Shown here: positions 48,487-59,828 of the stretch, one piece after another
Numbering within the stretch: position 1 is the first letter of the stretch
Layout of the letters: each line of letters starts with the position of its first letter
Origin: Candidatus Altimarinota bacterium
GTDB lineage: Bacteria; Patescibacteriota; Gracilibacteria; JBDHUY01
Direction of reading: 5' to 3'
DNA: 64,000 nucleotides
Assembly: GCA_039809385.1 (NCBI GenBank)
Contig: JBDHUY010000005.1
Span: forward strand, 62,254 to 126,253
Position numbers and translations under genes: made by a program
Notes under the pieces: model-generated
Databases searched by the model: none
What the model was told of the DNA's origin: nothing
What the model saw: the letters and a program-made list of their open reading frames with translations, nothing else

Positions 48487-51012
48487 ATGAAAGGGAAAAA
48501 CCAGGATCAGGAAATCATTGACTTTCAAACGACTCCTTTGCCGCGCGAGATTAGCGAAGAGATGCAGAAAAGTTATATCGATTACGCCATGAGCGTGATC
48601 GTAGCCCGCGCTTTGCCGGATGTTCGTGACGGACTTAAGCCGGTTCACCGCCGCATTCTGCACGCCATGAACGAAATGGGACTTGGTTCCGGTGCCAAAT
48701 ATAAAAAGTCCGCCAACGTGGTCGGAGAGGTGCTGGGTAAATATCACCCCCATTCCGACACGGCTGTCTACGACTCGATGGTCCGGATGGCCCAGGACTT
48801 TTCCATGCGCTACATGTTGATCGACGGACAGGGAAACTACGGATCGGTCGACGGGGACAACGCCGCGGCATACCGCTACACCGAGTGCCGTATGACCAAA
48901 ATGTCTGAAATGATGCTCGCCGATATCGAGAAAGAGACCGTGGAAATGCGCGACAACTATGACGGCAACCACAAAGAACCCGCCGTGTTACCGACGCTTA
49001 TTCCGAATCTTTTGCTGAATGGCACTGTGGGGATCGCGGTCGGTATGGCCACCAATATCCCTCCGCACAATCTGGGGGAACTGGCCGATGCGCTGCTCCA
49101 CATGATCGATCACCCCGAGGTCACACTGGACGAGCTGATGGAATTTGTCAAAGGACCCGATTTTCCGACCCGCGGTATTATCTACGATATCGAGGCCATC
49201 AAAACCGCCTATGCTACCGGCCGCGGCAGCGTGATCATGCGTGCCCGCGCTAACATCGACGAACTGAAGAGCGGCAAACAGGCTATTATCGTGACTGAAC
49301 TGCCTTTTCAAGTCAATAAAGCTACTCTGATTGAAAAAATCGCCGAACTGGTCCAGGAGAAAAAGATCGTAGGGATTACCGATGTGCGCGACGAATCCAA
49401 TCGTGAAGGGATCCGCGTGGTTATCGAACTGAAAAAAGACGCGTTTCCCAACAAGATCCTGAATCAGCTGTTTCAGCTGACTGCCATGCAAAGCAGCTTC
49501 GGTTTCAATATGGTCGCACTGGTCGACGGTATTCAACCTCAGGTACTTGATCTCAAATCGATCCTGGAACACTTCATCAAGCACCGCGAAGTTGTCGTGA
49601 CCAACCGGACCCAGTTCGAATTGTCCCAGGCCGAGCGCCGGGCCCATATTTTGGAAGGTTTGAAAAAGGCTCTGGATCATATTGACCAGATTATTGCCAC
49701 GATTCGGGCTTCCGAGAGTAAAGAAGAGGCGCGCGAAAATCTGATGAAACAGTTCGGTTTTAGCGAAATGCAGGCTGAAGCGATTCTGGATATGCGGCTG
49801 CGCGCCCTGGCCGGTCTGGAGCGTCAAAAAGTCGAAGACGAACTGGCCGAAGTCATGACGTTGATCGGGGAACTCAAGGCTATTCTTTCCGATCGTAAAA
49901 AGCTCTACGGCGTTATTACCGCCGAATTGAAAGACGTCCGGAAGCAGTTTGCCGACGAACGTAAAACCGAGGTAGTTCCGCATGCGTTGGGCAAGTTCAG
50001 CGTGACCGACACAATTCCCAATGAAGAGATGATTGTCACTATTACCCGCGAAAACTATATCAAACGCGTGGCGCCTTCATCCTATAAAGTTCAACACCGC
50101 GGCGGCAAAGGGATTGTTTCGATGACCACGAAGGAAGAAGACGAGATCGCTCAGATTCTGACCACCAAAAATCATAACCAGTTGCTGTTCTTTACCAGTC
50201 TGGGACGAGTATTTAAGCTGCATGTGTATGAAATTCCGTTTGCCTCGCGGCAGGCCAAAGGCCAGGCGGTAGTCAATCTGCTGAATCTGCAAGAGAATGA
50301 GAAAGTCATTACTACCGTCGACGCGACCCAGTTCCAGGGGAACTATATGGTCATCACTACCCGTAAAGGTCTTGTCAAGAAGACCTCTCTGGAAGAATTC
50401 AAAAATATCCGCAGCAACGGACTTATTGCGATTAAACTTCGTGACGGCGACGAGCTTTTGCGAGCGAAACAATCGGCTGGCGAGGACGAGATTATCATGG
50501 TGACTAAAAAGGGCATGAGCATTCGCTTTTCAGAAAAAGACGTTCGTCCGATGGGCCGGACTGCCAGCGGTGTACGCGGAATTCGATTGAAGGCCGGTGA
50601 CGAAGTAGTCAAGATGGACATTGTCCATTCTCAAGATGCCTATGTCTACTTACTGACTGAAAAGGGACTGGGTAAAAAGACCAAAATTGCCGAGTATCGT
50701 CTCCAGAATCGCGGCGGTTCGGGAATCAAGGTGGCCATGCTTACGAACAAGACCGGTAATATTGTGGGAGTCAGTATCGTGGACAAACACCACGAAGGTG
50801 ATTTGATGGTGGTGTCCAAGATGGGGCAGATGATTCGCATCAATATCAAGAGTGTTCCCGAACGAGGTCGTGTGACGCAGGGGGTCTTTATTATGCGGCT
50901 CAATGACAAGGATACGGTGGCGAATATGTCGGTGGTGAAAAAGACTGAGGAATCGGTTGCGGAGAAGAGCGAAGAAGAAAACGAGTCTCAAACAGCTCTG
51001 GAGGTAGAATAA
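48487..51012 (+). CDS. gyrA: DNA gyrase subunit A
   Basis: [31 protein letters not shown] catalytic Tyr, GyrA box QHRGGKG, C-terminal pinwheel repeats. Confidence 0.98.
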   Translation: MKGKNQDQEIIDFQTTPLPREISEEMQKSYIDYAMSVIVARALPDVRDGLKPVHRRILHAMNEMGLGSGAKYKKSANVVGEVLGKYHPHSDTAVYDSMVRMAQDFSMRYMLIDGQGNYGSVDGDNAAAYRYTECRMTKMSEMMLADIEKETVEMRDNYDGNHKEPAVLPTLIPNLLLNGTVGIAVGMATNIPPHNLGELADALLHMIDHPEVTLDELMEFVKGPDFPTRGIIYDIEAIKTAYATGRGSVIMRARANIDELKSGKQAIIVTELPFQVNKATLIEKIAELVQEKKIVGITDVRDESNREGIRVVIELKKDAFPNKILNQLFQLTAMQSSFGFNMVALVDGIQPQVLDLKSILEHFIKHREVVVTNRTQFELSQAERRAHILEGLKKALDHIDQIIATIRASESKEEARENLMKQFGFSEMQAEAILDMRLRALAGLERQKVEDELAEVMTLIGELKAILSDRKKLYGVITAELKDVRKQFADERKTEVVPHALGKFSVTDTIPNEEMIVTITRENYIKRVAPSSYKVQHRGGKGIVSMTTKEEDEIAQILTTKNHNQLLFFTSLGRVFKLHVYEIPFASRQAKGQAVVNLLNLQENEKVITTVDATQFQGNYMVITTRKGLVKKTSLEEFKNIRSNGLIAIKLRDGDELLRAKQSAGEDEIIMVTKKGMSIRFSEKDVRPMGRTASGVRGIRLKAGDEVVKMDIVHSQDAYVYLLTEKGLGKKTKIAEYRLQNRGGSGIKVAMLTNKTGNIVGVSIVDKHHEGDLMVVSKMGQMIRINIKSVPERGRVTQGVFIMRLNDKDTVANMSVVKKTEESVAEKSEEENESQTALEVE

Positions 51013-51104
51013 GTCGATCTTCTTGTCAAAAGTATCCGCGCTCTTCTATACTAATCTATAGATCGATAGTGGTCCGTTAGCGATTATTCTGTTTTGATAA
51101 TTGT

Positions 51105-51635
51105 ATGACACTGCTTATTTCAGTTTCCTCTGAAAACTTGTCCCATGAAAATTCTTTGAAAGAGGATATTGAAAAAGCCGATACAAAACAAAGATTCCTA
51201 GATATCACTGCTAATTTATCGGCTAAATTGATTCAAATACAAGCCGAGAGAAATATCTTGCTTACCAGTATTGCAGAGCGTTTTTGTGCTTCCGTTGGCT
51301 CAATGCATAATATTCCCGATTTGGAACGTTCCTACGATATCGTAAAAAATAGACTCCTGGAAGCTCCTTTTGGACAACTCTCTATCGCTATTCAATCATT
51401 TATTTCGACTGTTTCTTACCGATTAAAAAAACTCGATCCGGAAATCATTACTTCTTGGAAGGAGAGACTTCTCAAAGTTCTCAAGGCCCTAAAAAGTATT
51501 GAGGCCGATATCGTTCTGCTGAAACAGCTTGCCGATGAAGTTCTGGTTCATTTAGGCAACTACGGTGTTCGAGCTATGCATCTTGCAATTAATTACATGG
51601 ATGGGGAAGAAGATAAAGGAAATATTGTAATGTAA
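51105..51635 (+). CDS. Hypothetical protein
   Basis: 176-aa helical orphan ORF. Confidence 0.55.
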   Translation: MTLLISVSSENLSHENSLKEDIEKADTKQRFLDITANLSAKLIQIQAERNILLTSIAERFCASVGSMHNIPDLERSYDIVKNRLLEAPFGQLSIAIQSFISTVSYRLKKLDPEIITSWKERLLKVLKALKSIEADIVLLKQLADEVLVHLGNYGVRAMHLAINYMDGEEDKGNIVM

Positions 51636-51735
51636 TCTTCTTACGAGCATTGTAGCTTTATTAGGAGGAAATTGTATTTAATACCTTCTTATGGTATTAT
51701 TTTTTGAAATTAAAAAATAATTTAAAAAAACTCAT

Positions 51736-52755
51736 ATGCCCATTAACGAACCAATAAAAGATGCTTTTGAACAAGCCCCAGCAGGAATTGATATCTTGGC
51801 ATACCCTGAAACGAATCGAGACAATGTTCGAGTCTATGCAGATCAGATTCGTAATCGTCTAAGCGGAGACGCTCAAGCTGAGGCTTTTTATATGCTCCAA
51901 GAAGTGGCCTCGGATTCTTCGAGTCATACTAATGGAGGATGGCTGCGTTTAGGCGCTTTTATCGCTCAACATCTCGCTACTATTTCTCCCTATCAGCAGC
52001 CTATAGAATCAAACCCTTTACTCATAAAACCTGAGAGAATATCAGATTACTTTGAAAGTAGATACTTGAGTCCGGATCAGTCTATAACGCATATATCGTC
52101 TGTAAATAGCCAGGCATTAAGAATAACCCAGTTAGCCGAAGATAAGGCTGTGCAGTGGAAACTGGAGAGAGAAGGAACACTGATACGAGTCTCCCAACAG
52201 GACGAACAAGGCAAGGATATCTTTCTCTTCACGATCTCGAAAGACAAGATTGCGCTCAGTGAGAAGGATTCGGATATAGTTATTAGTTTTTTGACCGAAC
52301 AGGGTATATTTGACCCTGCGGCAGCTCTCAAAAGTCAACTAAAAAACCTTATTGTCGAAGTCGTGGGACCTGAAAACCTCGGAGACCATCAGCAGGCTTT
52401 TGATTATATGAGCGATCCTCAAAATCCTCTCAAGAATCTTCAACCTAAAGATCTAGATGCTACTAAATTTCAAGAATGGACTGTATATTTGAAAGGTCGT
52501 CCCGAACCTGTTCTCTGGGAGATTGTTTTTGATTCCAAAGAGATCCAGTTTTTTGAAAGAGGAAACGGAAAAATTCTGTTCAAAATTTCCCGTTCGACTA
52601 TTCAAGATCCCGATCTCCAGCAAAACAATCCTGCTATTGCCAGTGCTCTCTACCGAACGCTCACCGGATACAATGTCGATTCGTTTATTTCTCAGGATAC
52701 GGCGGGTGAGATTCGCCAAAAAGTGAGGTCTGCCTATACGGCAGCCAAAAGCTGA
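51736..52755 (+). CDS. Hypothetical protein
   Basis: 339-aa ORF with a possible internal duplication (QGKDIFLFTISK / GNGKILFKISR). Confidence 0.65.
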   Translation: MPINEPIKDAFEQAPAGIDILAYPETNRDNVRVYADQIRNRLSGDAQAEAFYMLQEVASDSSSHTNGGWLRLGAFIAQHLATISPYQQPIESNPLLIKPERISDYFESRYLSPDQSITHISSVNSQALRITQLAEDKAVQWKLEREGTLIRVSQQDEQGKDIFLFTISKDKIALSEKDSDIVISFLTEQGIFDPAAALKSQLKNLIVEVVGPENLGDHQQAFDYMSDPQNPLKNLQPKDLDATKFQEWTVYLKGRPEPVLWEIVFDSKEIQFFERGNGKILFKISRSTIQDPDLQQNNPAIASALYRTLTGYNVDSFISQDTAGEIRQKVRSAYTAAKS

Positions 52756-52825
52756 TTCTTTTTGTATTGAGCCCTTGCTTGCTTTATGATGCCAATAGCA
52801 TAAAGCTCTTTTTCTTTTGTATTAT

Positions 52826-53866
52826 ATGGAAATTTTTTATCAAGTAGGGATGCTTGTATTGATTGGGCTCATACTTTTCCTGATGCTCAGAAAAAATCCC
52901 GATCATGTAGCTTCCCAAATCCTGATTCAACGTCTCGATACCCTAACCCGCGATCTGACCATTAACCTGCAGGATGTCCGCAAAGAAGTCCAGCAAAGTC
53001 TGCTATCTTCCAATCGGAGTTTGAACGAACGTCTGGATAACGCCGCGCGGCTCGTTGCTGGTGTCGAGAATAAACTCGGTAAACTTGAAGAATCCAACAA
53101 GCGCATCTTTGAGGTCGGCAAAGATATCGCCTCCCTCCAGGAGATTCTCCGCGCTCCCAAGCTCAGGGGAAATATCGGAGAACTCTTCCTCGGCGATCTT
53201 TTGACCCAGATGCTCCCCAAAGACCGTTATTCCCTCCAATACGCTTTTAAAACCGGCGAGAAGGTCGACGCCGCCATATTTCTGCACGACGACAAAATCG
53301 TCCCGGTCGACGCCAAATTCCCGCTCGAAAATTTTCGGCGCATGGTCGAAAGCGCCTCCGAAGACGATAGAAAGGCGGCTAAAAAAGAGTTTAGCCGAGA
53401 CCTCAAAAAACATGTCGACGCCATCGCCGCCAAATATATCGTTCCCGACGAAGGCACCTTTCCGTTTGCCCTCATGTATATCCCAGCCGAAAACGTTTAC
53501 TATGAGGTCATTATCAAAGATACTGATACCATAGAACTGGCTGCCTATTGCATGGAAAAACGCGTTATTCCCGTTTCTCCCAATAACTTCTATATTTATC
53601 TTCAGACTATTCTCATGGGGCTCAAGGGCATGCAAGTCGAGAAAAATGTCCGCCAGGTTCTCTCCAGTATTGCCCAGCTTCAAACCGACTTCGGACTTTT
53701 TCGGGAAGAATTTCTGACCTTAGGAAAACATTTAGGCAATGCGCGCAACAAATTCGACGATGCCGAAAAGAGACTCAACGGTCTCGAAAACAAGCTTACT
53801 CGAGCTCTTGCCATAGAGCAAGACGACAAGCTTCTGGACAATAATCAAAAGCAGGCCTCTCAGTAG
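52826..53866 (+). CDS. rmuC: DNA recombination protein RmuC
   Basis: PKLRGNIGE..L, VPVDAKFPLE, FALMYIPAE, VIPVSP. Confidence 0.93.
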   Translation: MEIFYQVGMLVLIGLILFLMLRKNPDHVASQILIQRLDTLTRDLTINLQDVRKEVQQSLLSSNRSLNERLDNAARLVAGVENKLGKLEESNKRIFEVGKDIASLQEILRAPKLRGNIGELFLGDLLTQMLPKDRYSLQYAFKTGEKVDAAIFLHDDKIVPVDAKFPLENFRRMVESASEDDRKAAKKEFSRDLKKHVDAIAAKYIVPDEGTFPFALMYIPAENVYYEVIIKDTDTIELAAYCMEKRVIPVSPNNFYIYLQTILMGLKGMQVEKNVRQVLSSIAQLQTDFGLFREEFLTLGKHLGNARNKFDDAEKRLNGLENKLTRALAIEQDDKLLDNNQKQASQ

Positions 53867-53902
53867 AGAGAGACCTGCTTTATTCTTTTAGAGAACCCAA
53901 TA

Positions 53903-54364
53903 CTAGAACGGCACGTCCTCGATACTAACATCGTCGTCTTGATTCCCGCTTGAAGCGGGCGTGGGCGAAAAATCCTCGGACTGGCTGCTTTTCTCTTCAT
54001 TATTGCTATAAGACGAACCTCCTCCGCCTTCGTTTTTGCTGTCCAGCATGATGAGATTTTCGGCGATGATTTCAGTCTTCCAGTGTTTCTGCCCGTTATT
54101 GTCTTCCCAGGAACGGGTTTGGATACGGCCTTCCACATAGACACGGCGCCCTTTTTTAAGGTAATTGCTGGCAATTTCGGCCAGTTTGCCCCAGGCCACC
54201 AGATTATGAAATTCGGCCTGTTCCTTGGTTTCGCCCGACTGGTCTTTCCAACTGCGATTCGTGGCGACGCTAAAAGAGCATACGCTTTGTCCGCCTCCTG
54301 TCTGTCTCAGCTCCGGATCCTGGGTCAGTCGACCAATGATCTGAGCTCGATTCAAGTACATCAT
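53903..54364 (-). CDS. ssb: Single-stranded DNA-binding protein
   Basis: NRAQIIGRLTQDPELR, KGRRVYVEGRIQTRSW, acidic tail EDVPF. Confidence 0.97.
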   Translation of the reverse strand: MMYLNRAQIIGRLTQDPELRQTGGGQSVCSFSVATNRSWKDQSGETKEQAEFHNLVAWGKLAEIASNYLKKGRRVYVEGRIQTRSWEDNNGQKHWKTEIIAENLIMLDSKNEGGGGSSYSNNEEKSSQSEDFSPTPASSGNQDDDVSIEDVPF

Positions 54365-54749
54365 AGTATCCGAAAATAAAATAATAAAAGCAAAATTCTT
54401 ATACCAAAGGCTACGTTACCATTGCAATAAAAACAATATGATTTTTCTCACTTTTTATTTTAATTTTAGATTTGTCTATTTTTTTAGCACATTCCTTTAT
54501 AGACAAAATTCCTGTCTATTATAATGTCTTCTATTTACAGACCTTATTCCCGTCATTCAAGCAGTTCATATCCAAGAGTTGATAAATATTTGTCCACTTG
54601 TCGAAGATGGTATTTTCTATTTCTAAAATCCATCCAGCTTTATTAGCGATGTTATTTGAAAAAAAGATTTCTGCTTATTTTCTTCCTATCCTGTCGTATT
54701 TTATTTGTCCAGTTGCTTGTCATTTATTTACTACTTTTTTCTTTGATTG

Positions 54750-54778
54750 TTGACAGTAATGGCTCAAATGACTAGATT
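54750..54778 (+). promoter_or_regulatory. Sigma-70-type promoter for the HTH gene
   Basis: TTGACA-17 nt-TAGATT, 43 nt upstream of ATG 54822. Confidence 0.55.
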
Positions 54779-54821
54779 ATATTGTAGTCATTCTGTTTCT
54801 ATTTGTCTATTATCTTCACAT

Positions 54822-55373
54822 ATGGCCGATCCGATAAAATACATTACCCGCTTTCAGGCATCCGAAATGCTGGGACTTTCGACCCGCACGATTGATCGTT
54901 ATATTCGTAAAAAAGGTATAAAAATACGCAAAGAGGGGAAAAATATCCTGCTGCTCGAGTCCGATATTTTGCCGCTGAGTCGTGACATTCCGGTGGAACA
55001 CGAAGTGGTCGGACAAGAAGATTATGCCAATGCTGAACATACAGCTACAACCGAACAGAAACTGGTTTTCTCACCTTCGCAGGAGGTTTTGATCAAGCAA
55101 TTTCTCCAGCAAACCCGCGAGGAACTCAGCCGCAAAGACGAGAAAATAGAGAGCCTGCAGTATAAAATCGGCCAGCTGGAAGCACGGGTCGAGCAGTCGG
55201 TTCCTTTGTTGGAAGCGCAGAACGAACGACATGAAGCAGCTCAAAAGACCGAACAGATCGAAAAACTCTCGCTTCAGATCAAGCGGACCAATCTGGTAAA
55301 AAATCTCTACCTGCTGCTCTTTCTCTTATTGGCATTGACTATTCCGGTTGTTTTCCTCATGCTCCAGCATTAG
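54822..55373 (+). CDS. HTH (excisionase/MerR-like) + coiled coil + C-terminal TM protein
   Basis: YITRFQASEMLGLSTRTIDRYIRK; ELSRKDEKIESLQYKIGQLEARV; LYLLLFLLLALTIPVVFLML. Confidence 0.8.
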   Translation: MADPIKYITRFQASEMLGLSTRTIDRYIRKKGIKIRKEGKNILLLESDILPLSRDIPVEHEVVGQEDYANAEHTATTEQKLVFSPSQEVLIKQFLQQTREELSRKDEKIESLQYKIGQLEARVEQSVPLLEAQNERHEAAQKTEQIEKLSLQIKRTNLVKNLYLLLFLLLALTIPVVFLMLQH

Positions 55374-56553
55374 AGAAGTTCTTCAGACGGAGAATCGTAC
55401 CGTCCGACACCAGGATAACAATATCCTCTCCTTCCATTTCTGCTTTCATAATGTTTTTTTGCGGATTTCCTTGATCGAAAGAATCTTCTATCTTCACAGT
55501 TTGGCTTTTTCCGATCGCTCCGGTTTCGGTCAGAGTCTCAATGCGTAGTTCTTTATCATCGGTCAACCTTGCAGAAAACAAGTTATCATTCAAACCGAAA
55601 AACACTTGTTCGTAAACAGGGAAGCTTTGAAGCTCGATTACTTTGTTATCTTTAGGGGTGAATAATCCGATCACAGGTATTCCGCGCCGCATAGCTTTTA
55701 AGAGAATCCGACCCGAATATCCGAATTTGATCTCTTCAACCCGGTAGTCTGCTAGTATCTCGGTTTTGCTATAATTTTGCAGATTATACAAGAAGTTGTT
55801 TTTCCTATCCGCGATCACAAGATTTTCTTTGTCTGCAAAGATGCGCGGATTGTCCAGCCCATAGAACGAGCCCAGTCTTATTTTTTGTCCGCTGGGTTCA
55901 AATCTATAGATATCCCATTGGTTTGGATCTTTTTTCAGAAAATAATAAGCATTGTTCGCTTCGTCGAAGCTGGGTGCCATCAGAAGTTCCTCATCCTGAG
56001 CGAGATCGCCAAAGCGCTCTTCTTGATAGTTGAGTGCCCAGGTATTCGCACTCTTTACAAAAGCAGCCGAGCCGTCTTTACTAAAGACCAACTCGCTGAT
56101 ATTGGGTGTGTTGATCTTTTCCAATACTGGCAGATCTTTTAGAAGAATCGATATGTGTGTATCTTGTCGATTGTCTTTATAGCCGGTCTCGGTGCGGTTG
56201 AGCGGAATAAACTGGGTCTTGGCTTTTCCCAAAACTTCGACGTTTCTTTCCTTCACGAAATGCAAATCTAAGCTGGTTTCCTGCAATAGATTGATAGTAA
56301 CCCGCTGCTCGATCGGGAGGAATCCCGCTTTTTCAAACACCGCATCGTAATCGCGACTAACGAGCGTTATTTTGCAGGGTGTTTCCTGGCATGCAAAGGC
56401 TTCCTGTGGTATGCCGCTTACCCGGTCGGGCAGATCTCCTTCGATCACGAGCCAGCCGCGTTCGCCCAAAAACATCCACAATATTGTAGCCGAAACGACG
56501 CCCAGGGTTAGAAGAAAGAAAAAAATGGCTTTAATACGGGGAGATATAGTCAT
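55357..56553 (-). CDS. Membrane-anchored protein with a PEGA-like domain and probable beta-propeller
   Basis: N-terminal TM; ETPCKITL..YDAVFEKAGFLP; beta-rich C-terminus. Confidence 0.6.
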   Translation of the reverse strand: MTISPRIKAIFFFLLTLGVVSATILWMFLGERGWLVIEGDLPDRVSGIPQEAFACQETPCKITLVSRDYDAVFEKAGFLPIEQRVTINLLQETSLDLHFVKERNVEVLGKAKTQFIPLNRTETGYKDNRQDTHISILLKDLPVLEKINTPNISELVFSKDGSAAFVKSANTWALNYQEERFGDLAQDEELLMAPSFDEANNAYYFLKKDPNQWDIYRFEPSGQKIRLGSFYGLDNPRIFADKENLVIADRKNNFLYNLQNYSKTEILADYRVEEIKFGYSGRILLKAMRRGIPVIGLFTPKDNKVIELQSFPVYEQVFFGLNDNLFSARLTDDKELRIETLTETGAIGKSQTVKIEDSFDQGNPQKNIMKAEMEGEDIVILVSDGTILRLKNFSNAGA

Positions 56554-56828
56554 GGCAAGGGGCGGTCAAGGTGGCTATCAATATAAGTGGAAAATCCTAG
56601 TTTCAAGCTATGGTTCCAAGAATGAAGAAATTAGAAGTAAGCATCAAGGAAAGGCGGGCATAAAATTCAAATTTCAAGTTTGCAATGTCAAGGCCCTGTC
56701 ATCAAGGATCTTTTTGAGGTTCGATCTTGGCATTATATAGCTTAATACCTGGGCGTTTTGGCTAGATTATTCCATAATTCCGAATTCTTGATTCTGTTTT
56801 CATGCTTCAATTTTTCCTGCCATCCGTC

Positions 56829-57188
56829 CTAAGGGAATATATTCTTAAATTGCTCGATCCTGACGATGCCGGCTTTGTCCATTTCTACGGTAAAAAGATC
56901 AAAACGGTAGGGGTCGTATTCCTGTCGGGTCTGTAATAAATAGCTTTGGGCCGTCGTTGTCATCTTTTTCCATTTCGCCGGTGTCATGCTCTCCTGTGGA
57001 GAACCATACTCGTCAGTTCGGCGGCTTTTTACTTCGACAAAGACAATCTCTTCGCCATCCCGGGCGACTATGTCGATTTCGCCGAAGCGTGAATGATAGT
57101 TTGTGGCTAAAATCTGGCAATTTTGCTTTTTCAGTTTTTCGCATACCAGCGCTTCGCCGCGTTGTCCAAACGTGCCTGACGGTTTCAT
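56829..57188 (-). CDS. yraN: YraN family (UPF0102) protein
   Basis: GQRGE, NYHSRFGEIDIVA, FVEVKSR, YRFDL. Confidence 0.93.
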   Translation of the reverse strand: MKPSGTFGQRGEALVCEKLKKQNCQILATNYHSRFGEIDIVARDGEEIVFVEVKSRRTDEYGSPQESMTPAKWKKMTTTAQSYLLQTRQEYDPYRFDLFTVEMDKAGIVRIEQFKNIFP

Positions 57189-57265
57189 GCTTCTCTTGAG
57201 GTAAGAAGGATTATCAAATGTCTCTCCTTATGCTACTATAGAATGGTATTTTTTTCAAAAAAGCT

Positions 57266-58054
57266 ATGAATGTTCTCATGATCGGCGATATTTTCGGTCG
57301 TCCCGGACGTACAAAAGTAAAGGAAGTTTTCCCAAAGCTCAAAAGAGAGCGAAATATCTCTCTTGTTATTGCTAACTGTGAAAATCTTTCTCACGGCAAG
57401 GGAGCGACCAAAGAGACCATTCAGGAGATGAGCGCCGCGGGTGTGGATGTTTTTACCAGCGGGAATCATATCTGGCATAACAGTAAAGAGCTGATTAACA
57501 AACTCAACGATAAAAAATTTCCGGTTCTGCGGCCGGCCAACTACCCTGCGGGGAATCCGGGACGTGGGGCAATGGTCGTTGAGATCGGTTTAATGAAGAA
57601 AATTTTGGTGATTAATTTGCAAGGGCGGGTATTTATGCCAGAGGGGGTGGATAGTCCGTTTACCTGTGTCGATGCGATTCTCAAAGAGTACCAGCACGAA
57701 CAGCTGGCCGGAATTTTCGTTGATTTTCATGCTGAAACGACCAGTGAGAAAAACGCCATGCGCCATTATCTGGACGGCCGGGTGACTGCGCTGGTCGGTA
57801 CGCATACCCATGTACAAACCAACGACGCCTTCGTTACTCCGAAGGGGACGGGGTATATCACCGATATCGGTTTGACGGGTGTCTATGAAAACTCGGTGAT
57901 TGGCGTTGATAAGGAATGCGGTCTGGATCTTTTTCTGCTCGGGAACATTTCGCGCTGGGAGCCGGCGGAAGGGGAGGCGATCTTTCAGGGGGTGCTGATC
58001 GAGTTTGACGACCGGACGAGACAGGCAAGCAGAATGGAGACGATCCGGTATTAG
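57266..58054 (+). CDS. ymdB: YmdB-like metallophosphoesterase (TIGR00282)
   Basis: GDIFGRPG, NCEN, TSGNHIW, RPANYP, DFHAETTSEK, GTHTHVQT. Confidence 0.93.
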   Translation: MNVLMIGDIFGRPGRTKVKEVFPKLKRERNISLVIANCENLSHGKGATKETIQEMSAAGVDVFTSGNHIWHNSKELINKLNDKKFPVLRPANYPAGNPGRGAMVVEIGLMKKILVINLQGRVFMPEGVDSPFTCVDAILKEYQHEQLAGIFVDFHAETTSEKNAMRHYLDGRVTALVGTHTHVQTNDAFVTPKGTGYITDIGLTGVYENSVIGVDKECGLDLFLLGNISRWEPAEGEAIFQGVLIEFDDRTRQASRMETIRY

Positions 58055-58092
58055 GTATGAAGTAGTACGTATTATGTATCGGAACATCGCTG

Positions 58093-59754
58093 CTACAGTT
58101 CCTTGATCATATACTCTTTTCCTAAGTAATACCCCAGTTTTTTGTAATACTCCCGTACTCCCACGCCGGCGATAACAGCCATTTTTTTGATTCCATATTG
58201 TGCCACAACAATCTCTTCAGCCTTTGACATCAATTTGCGGCCAAACCCGAAGTGTTGAACCGCCGCTTGTTCCTGTTCGTCGATCGCCACCTGGGTTCCG
58301 TAGACGTGCAGCTCGCGAATAAGACTACAACCTTCAATTTCCGCGATGAAATGGCGTTGTTTTTCAAAAAACTGAGACGGGATCCGGAGACGACAAAATC
58401 CGAATAAAACATCCTGCTCTTTGTCTTCAAAACTGATAAAGAACTCTTTCCCTCCCGACGCTTCGTATTCTCTCACTGCCAATTCCGGTTTTAGATTTTT
58501 CAGCGCTTTATTGCCTACCTCGCGACAGCGGATACAGCGGCATTGTTCATTATTGCGTTTCATGCGATCCTCCACGATCTGGCGCAGGTTGGTTTTGGTA
58601 TTGCCGGCCAGAATCGAGGTGCCCGGAATATCCCGGATCAGTCTGGAAACGCGTACATACGGTGGAATATTGCGGGAAGCCTGATACAGGACATCGATCA
58701 GTTCTTCTTCGTCATACGGCCGGTATTCGCCTTTTTTATGCACTCGTTCCAGCATCGAATAAGGAACGACGCTGCAGGGATAGATCTTGAGCTGATCGGG
58801 CTGATAGTCGGGATTTGCAAAAAGTTCCGGAAACATAGCTTTGTCGAGCTCGGGGGTAGAGCCCAGCAGGTTTGGCATCATATGATAGTCTACTTTGAAG
58901 CCGGCGTCTTTGAGCAGTTTACTAGCTTCGCGGACTTCTTTGATCCCGTGTCCCCGCTTGTTCAGATCCAGAACCTCATCGTTCAAGCTTTGCACTCCCA
59001 GTTGAACGCGGGTGCAACCCAAGCGTCTTAGCCGCTTTACTTCTTCTTCTGTAATAAAGTCGGGCCGGGTCTCGATCGAGAGGCCGATGACGCGATGTAG
59101 AGCCGTTTCATTCGTCTTTTTGGCTGTTGCCAGGTCTGCCGAACGTTTACCTGTCTTTCCGCTTTTTGTAAATTTTCGAAAGCGACTAGGCTCGTCTTTT
59201 TTATATTCCAGATTCTTTTCTACTTGGCCGAACGTATTGAATCCGTCGTAGCACGAGCGGATAAAGGCTGTCTGATAGCGTTTGGGATAGAACGACCAGG
59301 TGCCGCCCGAGATGATTAGTTCGTTTTTGGCGTTGACATGGCCGGTAATGTAGAGCGATTTGAGCCGGTTATGGACTTGCTCCAGGCCGTCCCAGCGGTG
59401 CATAACGGCACGCATCACCGCCGGTTCGTTGCTGAGGTAGCTTTTGGGCATGTTTGGTTCGGTAGGGCAAAAAATACACTTGCCCGGACAGGCAAACGGT
59501 TTGGTCAAAACGGTGACCACGGATACTCCCGATAGGGTGCGTACGTTGCGGCGTTTAAGAATCTCGAAAAAAGCCCGATTCTCCTTAATTCGCTCTTCTT
59601 TAACAAGGTTCCGATAGGCATGAATGAGGTCGATGTCGAGAATACTCCTGATCCGGTACTCCTGGCAGTAGCGGTTTTTCAGTTTCTGCAACTTCAACTG
59701 CGTATTGATCTGCTGCTGTAGGCCGTCAAGGACGAGTTGTTCGTAGAGGGACAT
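58093..59754 (-). CDS. Elp3-type radical SAM/GNAT tRNA uridine(34) acetyltransferase
   Basis: RTLSGV..VLTKPFACPGKCIFCP, IETRPD, QLKIYP, CRCIRCRE, IRELHVYG, QHFGFG, GVGVREYY. Confidence 0.93.
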   Translation of the reverse strand: MSLYEQLVLDGLQQQINTQLKLQKLKNRYCQEYRIRSILDIDLIHAYRNLVKEERIKENRAFFEILKRRNVRTLSGVSVVTVLTKPFACPGKCIFCPTEPNMPKSYLSNEPAVMRAVMHRWDGLEQVHNRLKSLYITGHVNAKNELIISGGTWSFYPKRYQTAFIRSCYDGFNTFGQVEKNLEYKKDEPSRFRKFTKSGKTGKRSADLATAKKTNETALHRVIGLSIETRPDFITEEEVKRLRRLGCTRVQLGVQSLNDEVLDLNKRGHGIKEVREASKLLKDAGFKVDYHMMPNLLGSTPELDKAMFPELFANPDYQPDQLKIYPCSVVPYSMLERVHKKGEYRPYDEEELIDVLYQASRNIPPYVRVSRLIRDIPGTSILAGNTKTNLRQIVEDRMKRNNEQCRCIRCREVGNKALKNLKPELAVREYEASGGKEFFISFEDKEQDVLFGFCRLRIPSQFFEKQRHFIAEIEGCSLIRELHVYGTQVAIDEQEQAAVQHFGFGRKLMSKAEEIVVAQYGIKKMAVIAGVGVREYYKKLGYYLGKEYMIKEL

Positions 59755-59828
59755 AAGGATAACTACAAAAAATCTCTGGTAGTATAACCTACCAAATGTA
59801 TCCATGCAAAAGGGTAATTGATAGCTAT

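Noticed and set aside
48988-49983. 331-aa antisense ORF (and similar shadow ORFs over Rhs, alaS, rmuC and the permeases)
   Set aside because: They lie entirely opposite well-supported genes and reflect codon bias; no independent motifs.
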